Below are positions 18,525 to 27,131 of a stretch of DNA of 64,000 bases, piece after piece. The notes under the pieces are model-generated. The model was not told the DNA's origin and made no database searches. It saw only the letters and a list, made by a program, of their open reading frames with translations. The stretch's first letter is position 1; every line of letters starts with the position of its first letter. The DNA is taken from positions 38,164 through 102,163 of the forward strand of contig CAXDTK010000001.1 in assembly GCA_963992225.1 (NCBI GenBank), written 5' to 3'. Source of the stretch: an uncultured Comamonadaceae bacterium (GTDB lineage: Bacteria > Pseudomonadota > Gammaproteobacteria > Burkholderiales > Burkholderiaceae_C). A program made the translations under genes and the position numbers.

Positions 18525-19322
18525 ATGGATACCCAAGCCATCCGCGCACAGATGCCGACGCTGGTTCGCGGCCACGTGCCTTCCAACGTCCGCAGCTTCA
18601 AGTTCAACATCTTCGACGGCCAGCCCAAGGTTTCGACGCTGGGCTTCCACGTTGATCCCAAGCCTTTCGAGGGCAAGGTTATCGCCACCACCGACGAGGC
18701 CATCGTCGTCAAGACGGGCCGGGCCGAGTTCGCGGTGCTCGACAAGGCGCTCGTCACCGATGTGCCCGACGAAGGCGCCAAGGTGCAGGTCGAACCGTAT
18801 GCGCGGCGCCGCTTCGACGGCATGCGCGCGGACACGCCCGAGGAGAGCACCGAGTTCACCGCCGACGGCCAGCCGTACACGGTGAAGCGGCTCATCCTGG
18901 GTTCCGCGCCGGCCAAGTTGCCGATCCCCGAGCCGCAGTGCCCCGAGCTGCAGGAGCTGATCCACCAACTGGAGCAGTTGCCCGCGCCCGATGGCTTTCG
19001 CCGCATCACGCACCTGCTGGTGGATGCCGGCGCGCGGGACTTCACGGTGGTCGATCCGAGCCCCCGCAACATCATCGCCACGCCGCCGGCCATCGGCTTC
19101 ACCGTCGCCTCAGCGAAGTTCCAGGGGCGCGTCACCGTGCTCTACGAGCGCGGCCTCGACCTCTACGCGGTGGAGCTGCACCGCAACAGCAATCTGGTCG
19201 AGCGGGTCGATGAAGTGTCGTTCGACGAGCTGGGCCAGGCCCTGGAGCGGCTGATCGACGACGGGAGCTGGCGCCTCATCCGCGTGCAGCGCCTGTCCGG
19301 CCGCAAGCTGGTCCAGCACTGA
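18525..19322 (+). CDS. Conserved ICE hypothetical protein
   Basis: AAGGAG RBS; RSFKFNIFDG, GFRRITHLLVDAGA, YERGLDLYAVEL. Confidence 0.72.
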   Translation: MDTQAIRAQMPTLVRGHVPSNVRSFKFNIFDGQPKVSTLGFHVDPKPFEGKVIATTDEAIVVKTGRAEFAVLDKALVTDVPDEGAKVQVEPYARRRFDGMRADTPEESTEFTADGQPYTVKRLILGSAPAKLPIPEPQCPELQELIHQLEQLPAPDGFRRITHLLVDAGARDFTVVDPSPRNIIATPPAIGFTVASAKFQGRVTVLYERGLDLYAVELHRNSNLVERVDEVSFDELGQALERLIDDGSWRLIRVQRLSGRKLVQH

Positions 19323-19400
19323 GCCCCTGCGTTCCTAAGCGGCTTCCCGTCCCCGCGGCGGGAAGCCTTTCCTCCCATACCTCGATTGGAGACCACTTCC

Positions 19401-19766
19401 ATGACTGTTCGATTCAAAGGCACCGAGCTTCGGCCCGTGCTTGCCGAGGCGGCGGCCAACCAGTGCCGCGTCGTCCTGGTCAAGGACCAGGGCGTGTATT
19501 TCATGGCCGAGCGCGGCGAGAGCCGGCCCGATGGGCGGCGCAAGACCATCGCCTATGCCGTGGGCTGCAACCCTGATGTCGATGTGTTCGACGACTGGTG
19601 GGAACTGGCGCGCGCCGAATTCGGCGGCGACGACTTCGGCGAGTTCTTCGACCTGCGGGAACGGGTGTTCAGCCGCATCCTGCACAGCGAGGACGACCTC
19701 GAAGTGTCGGCCACGGCCACGCACCTGTCGATGCAGCCCATGCCCGCTGCGCCGGCCGGCCACTGA
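19401..19766 (+). CDS. DUF3085 protein
   Basis: LVKDQGVYFMAERG, AYAVGCNPD, GGDDFGEF. Confidence 0.8.
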   Translation: MTVRFKGTELRPVLAEAAANQCRVVLVKDQGVYFMAERGESRPDGRRKTIAYAVGCNPDVDVFDDWWELARAEFGGDDFGEFFDLRERVFSRILHSEDDLEVSATATHLSMQPMPAAPAGH

Positions 19767-19889
19767 CCGTCCTGCTTCCCAGCCCCTCATGAAGGGGCTT
19801 CACTTTTTCCCGAGGACGCCGTCAATGCGGGGCGTCTCGGATACCGATTGCCGCTCGCGCGGGCGCGTGCCAGGCGCCACGCTTATCAC

Positions 19890-19968
19890 CATGTTCCGCT
19901 GACACCCGTCAGCAGCATGCCCAGGCAGTCTCGATCTTCAAGACTGCGATGCGGTTCCGACCGCGTTG
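19890..19968 (+). repeat. Three-hairpin element, copy 3
   Basis: GCTGAC/GTCAGC, CATGCCCAG, GCAGTC-N11-GACTGC, GCGGT-TCCG-ACCGC. Confidence 0.75.
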
Positions 19969-20124
19969 ATCACCCAGTTCGCTCCGGCATCCCAGCGCGA
20001 ACGGCCATCGGTTCTCCCGATGGTGATGCCACCCAAGCTGTTCCTTCAACCCACGCGGGGGTTCCACACCTTCCCCGCCTTGGGTCGGGTGTGTCTCCGC
20101 CTCTTTGTTCTCAGGAGATTCACC

Positions 20125-20688
20125 ATGACCACTTCCACCGAAAGGTCCTTCTTCGACCTGCACATCACCGGACTCGGGTATCTCAATCGCATCCGCGAAG
20201 TGAAGCCCAAGAAAGGCGATGCGTTCCTGGCCTGCGACATCGCGGCGCTCAACGGCCCCAGCGATGATGTGGCCTACGTGCGTTTCGACACGCGCGTCTC
20301 GGGCTCCGAAGCGCAGCACCTGGTGCGCCGCTGCATCCAAGCGGTTGATGCCGAGAAGAAGGTGATGATCGGCTTCCGCCTGGGCGACCTGTGGACCGAC
20401 ACCTTTACCTACTCCAAGGGCAAGCGTGCCGGCGAGCAGGGGGTGAGCCTCAAGGCCCGCCTGCTGTTCGTCAGTTGGATCAAGGTCGACGGCAAGCTCG
20501 TCTACAAGGCCGAGCCCAAGCCGACCGACGCCGACGACCGCGACGAACGCGACGTGCGCGCCACGGATGTCCCCGCGACGTCCGCCGAGCCGCAAGCCGC
20601 TGCGTCCGAGCCCGCCAGGCCCGCCGCTGAAGCTGCCGATGAAGCCACTGCCGATGCGCCCGCATTGGAAGTTGCCGAGTCGTTCTGA
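20125..20688 (+). CDS. DUF3577 / STY4534-family ICE protein
   Basis: FFDLHITGLGYLNRIREV, FLACDIAALNG, KARLLFVSWIKVDG. Confidence 0.8.
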   Translation: MTTSTERSFFDLHITGLGYLNRIREVKPKKGDAFLACDIAALNGPSDDVAYVRFDTRVSGSEAQHLVRRCIQAVDAEKKVMIGFRLGDLWTDTFTYSKGKRAGEQGVSLKARLLFVSWIKVDGKLVYKAEPKPTDADDRDERDVRATDVPATSAEPQAAASEPARPAAEAADEATADAPALEVAESF

Positions 20689-20808
20689 TCCGCAAGGCCC
20701 TGACTCTGAATTGAGCCCAGGGCCTTGTCTTCTCCCACTCGCGTGCGCATGCGACCGTCACCATGACAGCCGTGTGCGTGATCGCAGCTTCGTCCGCAGG
20801 AGTTCTTC

Positions 20809-21438
20809 ATGATCACCATTCCCGGCCAATTGGCCATCAAGACCATCCACGGCCGCAACGGCGACTTCAACGTCGGGCGCCTTGCGACCTCCATCGGCGA
20901 GTTCGTCGTGAAGAACGCCGAACTCGACCAGTACGCCGAAGGCAAGTACGAGGGCGATTTCGCCATCGCGGAGATTCGCCCGTCCACGTACACCGCCAAC
21001 GGTCGCATGGTCATCGAGATCCGCGCCCTCCTGGGCGGGATGACCTTGTCCAACATCGACGCCCTGAGCCGTGACGACGCCCGCCGGCTGAGTCCGCAGG
21101 AAGTCGATCCGATCGACGAGGAAGCGCAGACCGCCACGCCGACGCCGACGACCGCCCCCAAGGCGGCCGGCCGGAAGAAGGCGCGCAGCTCGCGCGACCC
21201 GCTGGTCGATACCACGCCGTTCGGCAGCGAACCGGCTGCTGCGTCTGCCGAGGCTCCGGTCCAGGCGGACGAAGACGGCGACGCGGCACTGTTCGGTGTG
21301 CTCTGGCCGCTGGGCGATGTCGTCAAGCTCGATGCCACCGTGGATCGGCGCGTGCTGCGTCAACAGCGCGACCGTCTCGGCGACCTGGGCTACGAGTTCG
21401 CTCCGCTGTCCCAGGACTGGCACCTCGCCAGGGTCTGA
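20809..21438 (+). CDS. DUF3275-family protein
   Basis: MITIPGQLAIKTIHGRNGDFNVGRLATSIGEF, VKLDATVDRRVLRQQ. Confidence 0.78.
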   Translation: MITIPGQLAIKTIHGRNGDFNVGRLATSIGEFVVKNAELDQYAEGKYEGDFAIAEIRPSTYTANGRMVIEIRALLGGMTLSNIDALSRDDARRLSPQEVDPIDEEAQTATPTPTTAPKAAGRKKARSSRDPLVDTTPFGSEPAAASAEAPVQADEDGDAALFGVLWPLGDVVKLDATVDRRVLRQQRDRLGDLGYEFAPLSQDWHLARV

Positions 21439-21540
21439 TCCCATCGCCACTTCACGCCGCGTGCCTGCGGCTTTCCACCAACCCGCCGGGGTTCCTTCCC
21501 CGGCGGGAGGACTCCGGCCCTTTCTCACAGGAGTCATTCC

Positions 21541-21936
21541 ATGGGCTGGACATTCGTTCGATTGACGCGCGATCAATTGATCCGCGAGCTGACCGCAACT
21601 GAGGAAACCGAGCGGTCGCGCAATGAGGTCATCGATCACACGCTGGTCGGCAACGTGCTGTGGACGGTGGTGCGCGTCACCGCCAAGCAGGCCGGTGTCC
21701 TGGGTCTCGCACCCGGAGAGTCGGCCACCTTGATTGGCTGCCATCTGCTGGAAAGCGAGGGCCGCGAATGGGGCTACAAGTCCCTGGTCGAGGCCGAGCA
21801 CCCGTACTACTACTCGTGCCCGCTGCGCTATCTCGACATGGCGCCGCAGCGCTGCGCCACTTGGCGCGCAAGGGTGCATGCCTTCCATCAGCAGCATCCG
21901 GCGAGCAGTGTGGCCGGCGATGCAGCCACTGAGTGA
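21541..21936 (+). CDS. Conserved ICE hypothetical protein
   Basis: AGGAG RBS; WGYKSLVEAEHPYYYSCPLRYL. Confidence 0.7.
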   Translation: MGWTFVRLTRDQLIRELTATEETERSRNEVIDHTLVGNVLWTVVRVTAKQAGVLGLAPGESATLIGCHLLESEGREWGYKSLVEAEHPYYYSCPLRYLDMAPQRCATWRARVHAFHQQHPASSVAGDAATE

Positions 21937-21943
21937 GGCGCAC

Positions 21944-22213
21944 ATGGACACCATCCTGTCGTCCATGCGGCCCGAGCTGCTTCGCTTCGTCGAAGAACAG
22001 TTGGCCAACAACGAGGTTTCCGACGACGACGAGCTGCGCGAGCACTTCATCGCCAACGGCCTGAGCGAAGAACAGGCGTGGCAGGCACTGACCTACCGCG
22101 CCCTGTACTTGCGCTACATCTTCCTCGAAGGCTTCACGCCGATCCTTAAAGGCCAGGAAGCGCTTTGCTTCAACCCGCATAGCCGAGGCTGGGAGCCGGT
22201 TCAGAACCCATAG
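21944..22213 (+). CDS. Hypothetical protein (89 aa)
   Basis: GAGG RBS, coupled to upstream gene, typical codon usage. Confidence 0.6.
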   Translation: MDTILSSMRPELLRFVEEQLANNEVSDDDELREHFIANGLSEEQAWQALTYRALYLRYIFLEGFTPILKGQEALCFNPHSRGWEPVQNP

Positions 22214-22348
22214 GCCGCTTCCCAGCGACGCGCTTCTTCATCCCTTCCATCAGGCCCTGTTCAGCAGGGCTTTTCTTCGTCCCACGCAATCCGCGCATCC
22301 GGCCTCGGCCGCTGGATGCCGATTGCTTCATTCCGCAAGGAGATCATC

Positions 22349-23176
22349 ATGCAACTCGCTTCCCGCTTCGCTTCTCGCTCCCCGGTGCTGCGCGCCGACT
22401 ATCCGCTGTCGGATGATCAGATTCGCACCGTGGCCCCGTCCATCTTCGCGGACACCCCGCACGAAAGCCGCTCCGAACGGTACAGCTACATCCCCACGGC
22501 GGCTGTGCTGACTGAACTGCGCAAGGAAGGCTTCCAGCCGTTCATGGTGTGCCAGACCCGCGTGCGGCACGAGGACCGCCGCGACTACACCAAGCACATG
22601 CTGCGCCTTCGCCACGCCAGCCAGATCAACGGCGCCGAGGCGAACGAGATCATCCTGCTCAACTCGCACGACGGCAGCAGCAGCTACCAGATGCTCGCGG
22701 GCCTGTTCAGATTCGTCTGCCACAACGGCCTGGTGTGCGGCGACACCTTCGCCGACGTGCGGGTGCCCCACAAGGGCAACGTCACCGATCACGTGATCGA
22801 AGGCGCCTACGAGGTGCTGCACGGCTTCGAGCGCGTGCAGGACTCGCGCGACGCCATGCAGGGCATCACGCTGGACAACGGCGAGGCCGAGGTCTTCGCC
22901 AAGTCGGCGCTGACCTTGAAGTACGACGATTCGGGCAAGGCCTTGCCCATCACGGAGACCCAGATCCTGCGGCCCCGTCGTTACGACGACAACCGCGCCG
23001 ACCTGTGGACTGTCTTCAACAGAGTCCAGGAGAACCTGGTCAAGGGCGGCCTGAGCGGCCGTGCTGCCAACGGGCGCCGGCAGCGCACGCGAGCCGTCCA
23101 GGGCATCGACCAGAACGTCCGGCTCAACCGGGCGCTGTGGCTGCTGGCGGACGGCCTACGCCAGCTCAAAGCCTGA
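22349..23176 (+). CDS. DUF932/DUF945 domain protein
   Basis: LSDDQIRTVAPSIFA, SERYSYIPT, EIILLNSHDGSSSYQMLAGLFRFVCHNGLV. Confidence 0.88.
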   Translation: MQLASRFASRSPVLRADYPLSDDQIRTVAPSIFADTPHESRSERYSYIPTAAVLTELRKEGFQPFMVCQTRVRHEDRRDYTKHMLRLRHASQINGAEANEIILLNSHDGSSSYQMLAGLFRFVCHNGLVCGDTFADVRVPHKGNVTDHVIEGAYEVLHGFERVQDSRDAMQGITLDNGEAEVFAKSALTLKYDDSGKALPITETQILRPRRYDDNRADLWTVFNRVQENLVKGGLSGRAANGRRQRTRAVQGIDQNVRLNRALWLLADGLRQLKA

Positions 23177-23183
23177 CCCACAA

Positions 23184-23220
23184 GCGGATCGTGCCTCACG
23201 GCATGGTCCGCTTTTTTTTT
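23184..23220 (+). terminator. Rho-independent terminator after DUF932 gene
   Basis: GCGGATCGTGCC-TCAC-GGCATGGTCCGC followed by T9. Confidence 0.8.
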
Positions 23221-23392
23221 GGCTGGTGCCGTGCTGCCAGCGCACCGCGTTCCATTTGGTTCGGTGTAACCCTAATGCGCCAATTCGCCGCTGCCTCGAA
23301 AATCGAGATTCGACTGCATACCTCCTTGGCTTTTCCTCCCTGAGCCAAGCAGTCATCTTTGCCGCCTCGGTGTCCCCGGGGCGGTTTTCTTT

Positions 23393-24478
23393 GGCTCAGT
23401 TCGCGTTGAGTGCGGATGGCCCGGGGCCGATGGCCAGTGCGAGCAGGGAAACCGCATCGACCCTGAGTCGCGCGTTGCGGTCGAGCGCCCGGAACCAGCC
23501 GAGGTAGTTCGGCAGGTAGTGCGTGGAAATGCCGTTGAAGCGCCGCAGCCAGGTCTTCAGGCGACTGTGATACGCGTTGACGTTCTGGACATGCCACGGC
23601 CCGCGGATGCGCTCGCCGGCAGACATGTTGATGGCTTGGTGCTCAATCGCCAGTTCCACGGCGGCCTGGTGAAGGTGATTGCTGCCGTCCGAGCACAGCA
23701 CAGAGTCGTCGGCCAGTGCCTGTGGCAGCACCGCCTTGAGCGCAGCCTTGCCGGTGTTGGGCAGCACGAAGTCGCTGGTTTCGCCGGAGCGGTTGCGCAT
23801 CACCAGTATGGGCACTTGTTCGGACGACACCCCGCGCTTGGCAGCTTTGCCGCCGCGCCGGCGAGGTGCCCGTTGCGTTTGTCGGGCCAGCCGTGCTGGC
23901 TGGCCCTTGTACGAGAGCAGTTGGTACGTCTCGTCAGCCTCGACAACACCGGCCATGTGCACTGCCTTGGCCTCGCGAGGGCAGGCCAGCCAGCGATGGC
24001 GCCAACGAAAGGCGGTCGTGCTGTGCACGCCGAGTCGGGTGGCCGCTTTGCGAACGCTCAGTCCTTCGTCGAGCACCTTGGCTTGGTCGAGCCACTTGTC
24101 GCGGTAGCGCAACCGCGCCAGCGGTGTGCCGGTCAGCGCATTGAAGGTGATACGGCAGTCGCGGCACTTGTATCGCTGCAACCCATTGGCAAAGCCATTG
24201 CGCACCACGTGCTCGCCGTTGCAAGCCGGGCACATCGGTCGCGCGGCCAACCGCTTCTCGATGCAGTCGGCAACTTCGTCGATGGCCTGGGCGTGTGCAA
24301 GCTCATGGAGCACCAGCTTGCGCTGGTTGGCTGTCAGCCGCCCCAGCGCATCGCGCAGCCGCTTCAATTCGTCCGCCTTCATTTGCGTCTCCCGGTGACT
24401 CTTCTGTCACCACCGACGCAGTCTCGAACTCAACAGGCTCACTGGGCGAGCCTGTCACCATTCAACGCGAACTGAGCC
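23393..24478 (-). mobile_element. IS1595-family insertion sequence
   Basis: 17-bp perfect terminal IRs GGCTCAGTTCGCGTTGA (23393-23409 / 24462-24478); 8-bp TSD TTTTCTTT (23385-23392 / 24479-24486). Confidence 0.93.
23396..24382 (-). CDS. IS1595-family transposase
   Basis: Zn ribbon CPAC...RYKCRDC, HTH, VVEADETY, LCSDG, HVQNVNAYHSRLKTWL. Confidence 0.9.
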   Translation of the reverse strand: MKADELKRLRDALGRLTANQRKLVLHELAHAQAIDEVADCIEKRLAARPMCPACNGEHVVRNGFANGLQRYKCRDCRITFNALTGTPLARLRYRDKWLDQAKVLDEGLSVRKAATRLGVHSTTAFRWRHRWLACPREAKAVHMAGVVEADETYQLLSYKGQPARLARQTQRAPRRRGGKAAKRGVSSEQVPILVMRNRSGETSDFVLPNTGKAALKAVLPQALADDSVLCSDGSNHLHQAAVELAIEHQAINMSAGERIRGPWHVQNVNAYHSRLKTWLRRFNGISTHYLPNYLGWFRALDRNARLRVDAVSLLALAIGPGPSALNAN

Positions 24479-24594
24479 TTTTCTTTTGCGGCCGTCCTTC
24501 CGGCGCCGCGGGCGATGCGCCAGCGCAAACAGGGTTGGGCGCCGGGTCGGTTTTTCGCTCACGCGGTGTACGCAGCTTGGCGCAGGCTATGACT

Positions 24595-24669
24595 CGTGTC
24601 CGTCGGCGTAGCCGACAACATGCCCAGGTAGCCCAGACCTTCAAGGCTACGGTGCGTTGCGACGCACGG
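24595..24669 (+). repeat. Three-hairpin element, copy 4
   Basis: GTCGGC/GCCGAC, CATGCCCAG, GTAGCC-N11-GGCTAC, GTGCGT-TGCG-ACGCAC. Confidence 0.75.
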
Positions 24670-24772
24670 TCTGATTCTTCACAACGACGTTCACCGCGTC
24701 TTCTTCCATCCCCCTGGGGCAGTGACTGCCCTCGCGGGTGGTGCTGTCTCCGCTCACTTCGAGGACATCACC

Positions 24773-25429
24773 ATGCCTGCACATTCTTCCCCCAAGACGC
24801 TCTATCGCATCGACGAATGCCCCGACCTGATGGCCGATGGCGTCGTCGGTGACGAGAACGGCAACCTGGTCTTCATCTCCCTCTGGGCGCGCGACACCGC
24901 CGTCCAGGAATTCCTGGCCCGTCTCACCCTGGGCCGGGACGAGCAGGGACTGGATCAGTTCCACATCATCACCGAGCAAGGCGCGAGCATCCCGGTCTTC
25001 GTCGGCAACGTCGAGAACCTGGAGAAGCGCAGCGCACGCGCCTACCGGCGCACGCTGTTCGGCTCGCTGACCAACATCTGGCTGTTCGATCGGCGCTGCG
25101 TCAAACCCGACAAGGCCAACGCCAGCGCACTGGCGCTCTTGCCTCGCGATTCCAAGTACCGGCTCGACCGGCTGTGGACGCTGGTGCGGGACACCTGCCC
25201 GCTGCCGCTTCTCGATCCCTGGCGCGACAGCGTGCTGGAACTGCTGCAGGCGAAGTCGATGCTGACGCGCCTGCCGTTCGCCCTCGGGCCTCTGGAAGGC
25301 CATCGGCTCGCCATCGACGTGCCGGCGCTGACCCAGGTGCTGGGCGGCCTGATCCGCAGCGGCGCGCTCGTCGCCGGCACGCCGGCCAGCCGCATCCCCT
25401 CGGCACGACCGCTCGAAGCGGTGGCTTGA
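24773..25429 (+). CDS. Conserved ICE hypothetical protein
   Basis: GAGG RBS; LVFISLWARDTAVQEFLARL, TCPLPLLDPWRD; precedes MTase. Confidence 0.7.
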   Translation: MPAHSSPKTLYRIDECPDLMADGVVGDENGNLVFISLWARDTAVQEFLARLTLGRDEQGLDQFHIITEQGASIPVFVGNVENLEKRSARAYRRTLFGSLTNIWLFDRRCVKPDKANASALALLPRDSKYRLDRLWTLVRDTCPLPLLDPWRDSVLELLQAKSMLTRLPFALGPLEGHRLAIDVPALTQVLGGLIRSGALVAGTPASRIPSARPLEAVA

Positions 25430-25496
25430 GGTTCCTTCACCGGACATGCACGCGCGCATGTCCGCATCCTTTCATCTTCAATGCCAGGAGATTCCC

Positions 25497-26612
25497 ATGG
25501 CCCTCATGTTCCCGCGGCTCGCCCGCAACTTCGTCAAGAACGGGTACTTCCCCACGGATGAACCCACGCTCGAAAGAGCACTCGCCGCGCTGGCGCCCGC
25601 TGCTCCCTCGGCCGGTCCGCTGTGCATCCTCGATCCCTGCGCCGGCGAAGGCGTGGCGATCGCCGAAGCCGCGCACGCCCTCGGGCGCGAACGGGTCCAG
25701 GCCTTCGCCGTCGAGTACGAGGCGGAGCGCGCACGCCACGCCCGGCAACTGGTCGATCGCTGCATCCACGGCGACCTGATGGACACGCTGATCAGCCGGC
25801 AGAGCTTTGGCCTGCTGTGGCTCAACCCGCCGTATGGCGACCTGTCCAAGGACACCAACGGCAACGTCGGCTACCAGGGCCAGGGCCGCGCGCGGCTGGA
25901 AAAGCTGTTCTACCAGAAGGCGCTGCCGCTGCTGCAGTACGGCGGCGTGCTGATCTACATCGTGCCGCACTACGTGCTCGACGCCGAACTGGTCGGATGG
26001 CTGACCCGGCACTTCGCCGAGCTGCGCATCTACCGCGCGGTGGACACGCAGTTCAGGCAGGTCGTGATCTTCGGTCGCAAGGTTCGCCAGCGCGACCAGG
26101 TGTCGGATTCGGTCAAGGCCACGCGCGCACTGCTGCTGCAGATAGGTCTCGGCGACGCCGAAGCGGAAGAGCTGCCGGTCGAATGGCCGTTCCTGCCGTA
26201 CACGGTGCCTGCCACGGCCGAGCCGGAGCACTTCTACCGCGTGACGATGGAGCCCGAGCAGTTCGCCGATGAAGTCGGCCGGCTGCAAGGACTCTGGCCG
26301 ACGCTCGACACGCACCTTGGCGCCGCGCAGCAGTCGCTGCGGCCCCCGGCGCGAGGGTTATCGCATTGGCATCTCGCCTTAGCGCTCGCCGCGGGTGCGA
26401 TTTCCGGCGTGGTGAAGTCCAAGACGGGCCGCGTGCTCGTCGTCAAGGGCGACACCCACAAGGAGAAGACCTTGCAGACGGAGTACACCGAGCGCGACGA
26501 CGGCACCGTGGCCGAGACGCGCATCCTGACCGACAAGTTCGTGCCGGTCATCCGCGCCTGGGACATGACGCCGGGCTCGTCGACGTGTGGCGAGGTGCTG
26601 ACCATCCGCTGA
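25497..26612 (+). CDS. Orphan SAM-dependent DNA methyltransferase (N6-adenine type)
   Basis: Motif I LDPCAGEG, motif IV LNPPYG; NGYFPTD N-terminus; no cognate REase adjacent. Confidence 0.85.
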   Translation: MALMFPRLARNFVKNGYFPTDEPTLERALAALAPAAPSAGPLCILDPCAGEGVAIAEAAHALGRERVQAFAVEYEAERARHARQLVDRCIHGDLMDTLISRQSFGLLWLNPPYGDLSKDTNGNVGYQGQGRARLEKLFYQKALPLLQYGGVLIYIVPHYVLDAELVGWLTRHFAELRIYRAVDTQFRQVVIFGRKVRQRDQVSDSVKATRALLLQIGLGDAEAEELPVEWPFLPYTVPATAEPEHFYRVTMEPEQFADEVGRLQGLWPTLDTHLGAAQQSLRPPARGLSHWHLALALAAGAISGVVKSKTGRVLVVKGDTHKEKTLQTEYTERDDGTVAETRILTDKFVPVIRAWDMTPGSSTCGEVLTIR

Positions 26613-26724
26613 TCGCTGTTCCCTGACGATTCGCCGTCGCTTCATCCACCAACTCATCCACCCAACGGGGCCATGTCACCCCGCCGGGTGCCGTGGCCCC
26701 TCTTTCATCCGAAGGAGAAACACC

Positions 26725-27030
26725 ATGGCACTCGCAGTTCTCAACCTGGCGTCGCAAGCACGCTTTGCCCCCGGACACCTGGTCATGACCCGCGGCATCG
26801 ATGCGCTGGTCCAGCAAGGCCGGCTCAACCCGGCACCGTATCTGTCCCGCCATCTCAGCGGCGATTGGGGCGACCTCGACGACAGCGACCGGCGTCAGAA
26901 CGACGCCGCGTTGCGCTCCGGCGAGGATCGGCTTTTCTCGTCCTACCAGGTCGCGCCTGACCTGAAGCTCTGGATCATCACCGAGTGGGATCGCAGCGTG
27001 ACCACGCTGCTGTTGCCCAGCGAATACTGA
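26725..27030 (+). CDS. Conserved plasmid/ICE small protein
   Basis: AAGGAG RBS; RHLSGDWGDL, RLFSSY, LWIITEWDRSVTTLLLPSEY. Confidence 0.75.
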   Translation: MALAVLNLASQARFAPGHLVMTRGIDALVQQGRLNPAPYLSRHLSGDWGDLDDSDRRQNDAALRSGEDRLFSSYQVAPDLKLWIITEWDRSVTTLLLPSEY

Positions 27031-27131
27031 TCTTCATCCACCGCGGCCGCGCGCCGCTCTTCTCTTCCCAACCCGGGGCATGCCATCGCCCCGCAGGGGA
27101 GGTGCATGCCTCATTCCTATGGAGCATCACC

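Noticed and set aside
17515-19322. Labels such as ABC substrate-binding protein or GTPase sometimes given to these ICE genes
   Set aside because: No signal peptide or lipobox, and no GxxxxGK(S/T) or NKxD motifs in the translations.
17347-22056. Long minus-strand ORFs (17347-18252, 17903-19135, 20758-22056) and similar ones opposite T4SS genes
   Set aside because: GC-rich shadow frames with Arg/Ala/Pro-rich sequence, no RBS and no motifs, opposite clear genes.
23221-23384. Short spacer after the DUF932 terminator as a gene remnant
   Set aside because: No ORF, repeat or motif I could support.
26725-27030. Small protein as part of a restriction-modification system with the MTase
   Set aside because: 101 aa with no nuclease motif; arrangement matches ordinary ICE core.
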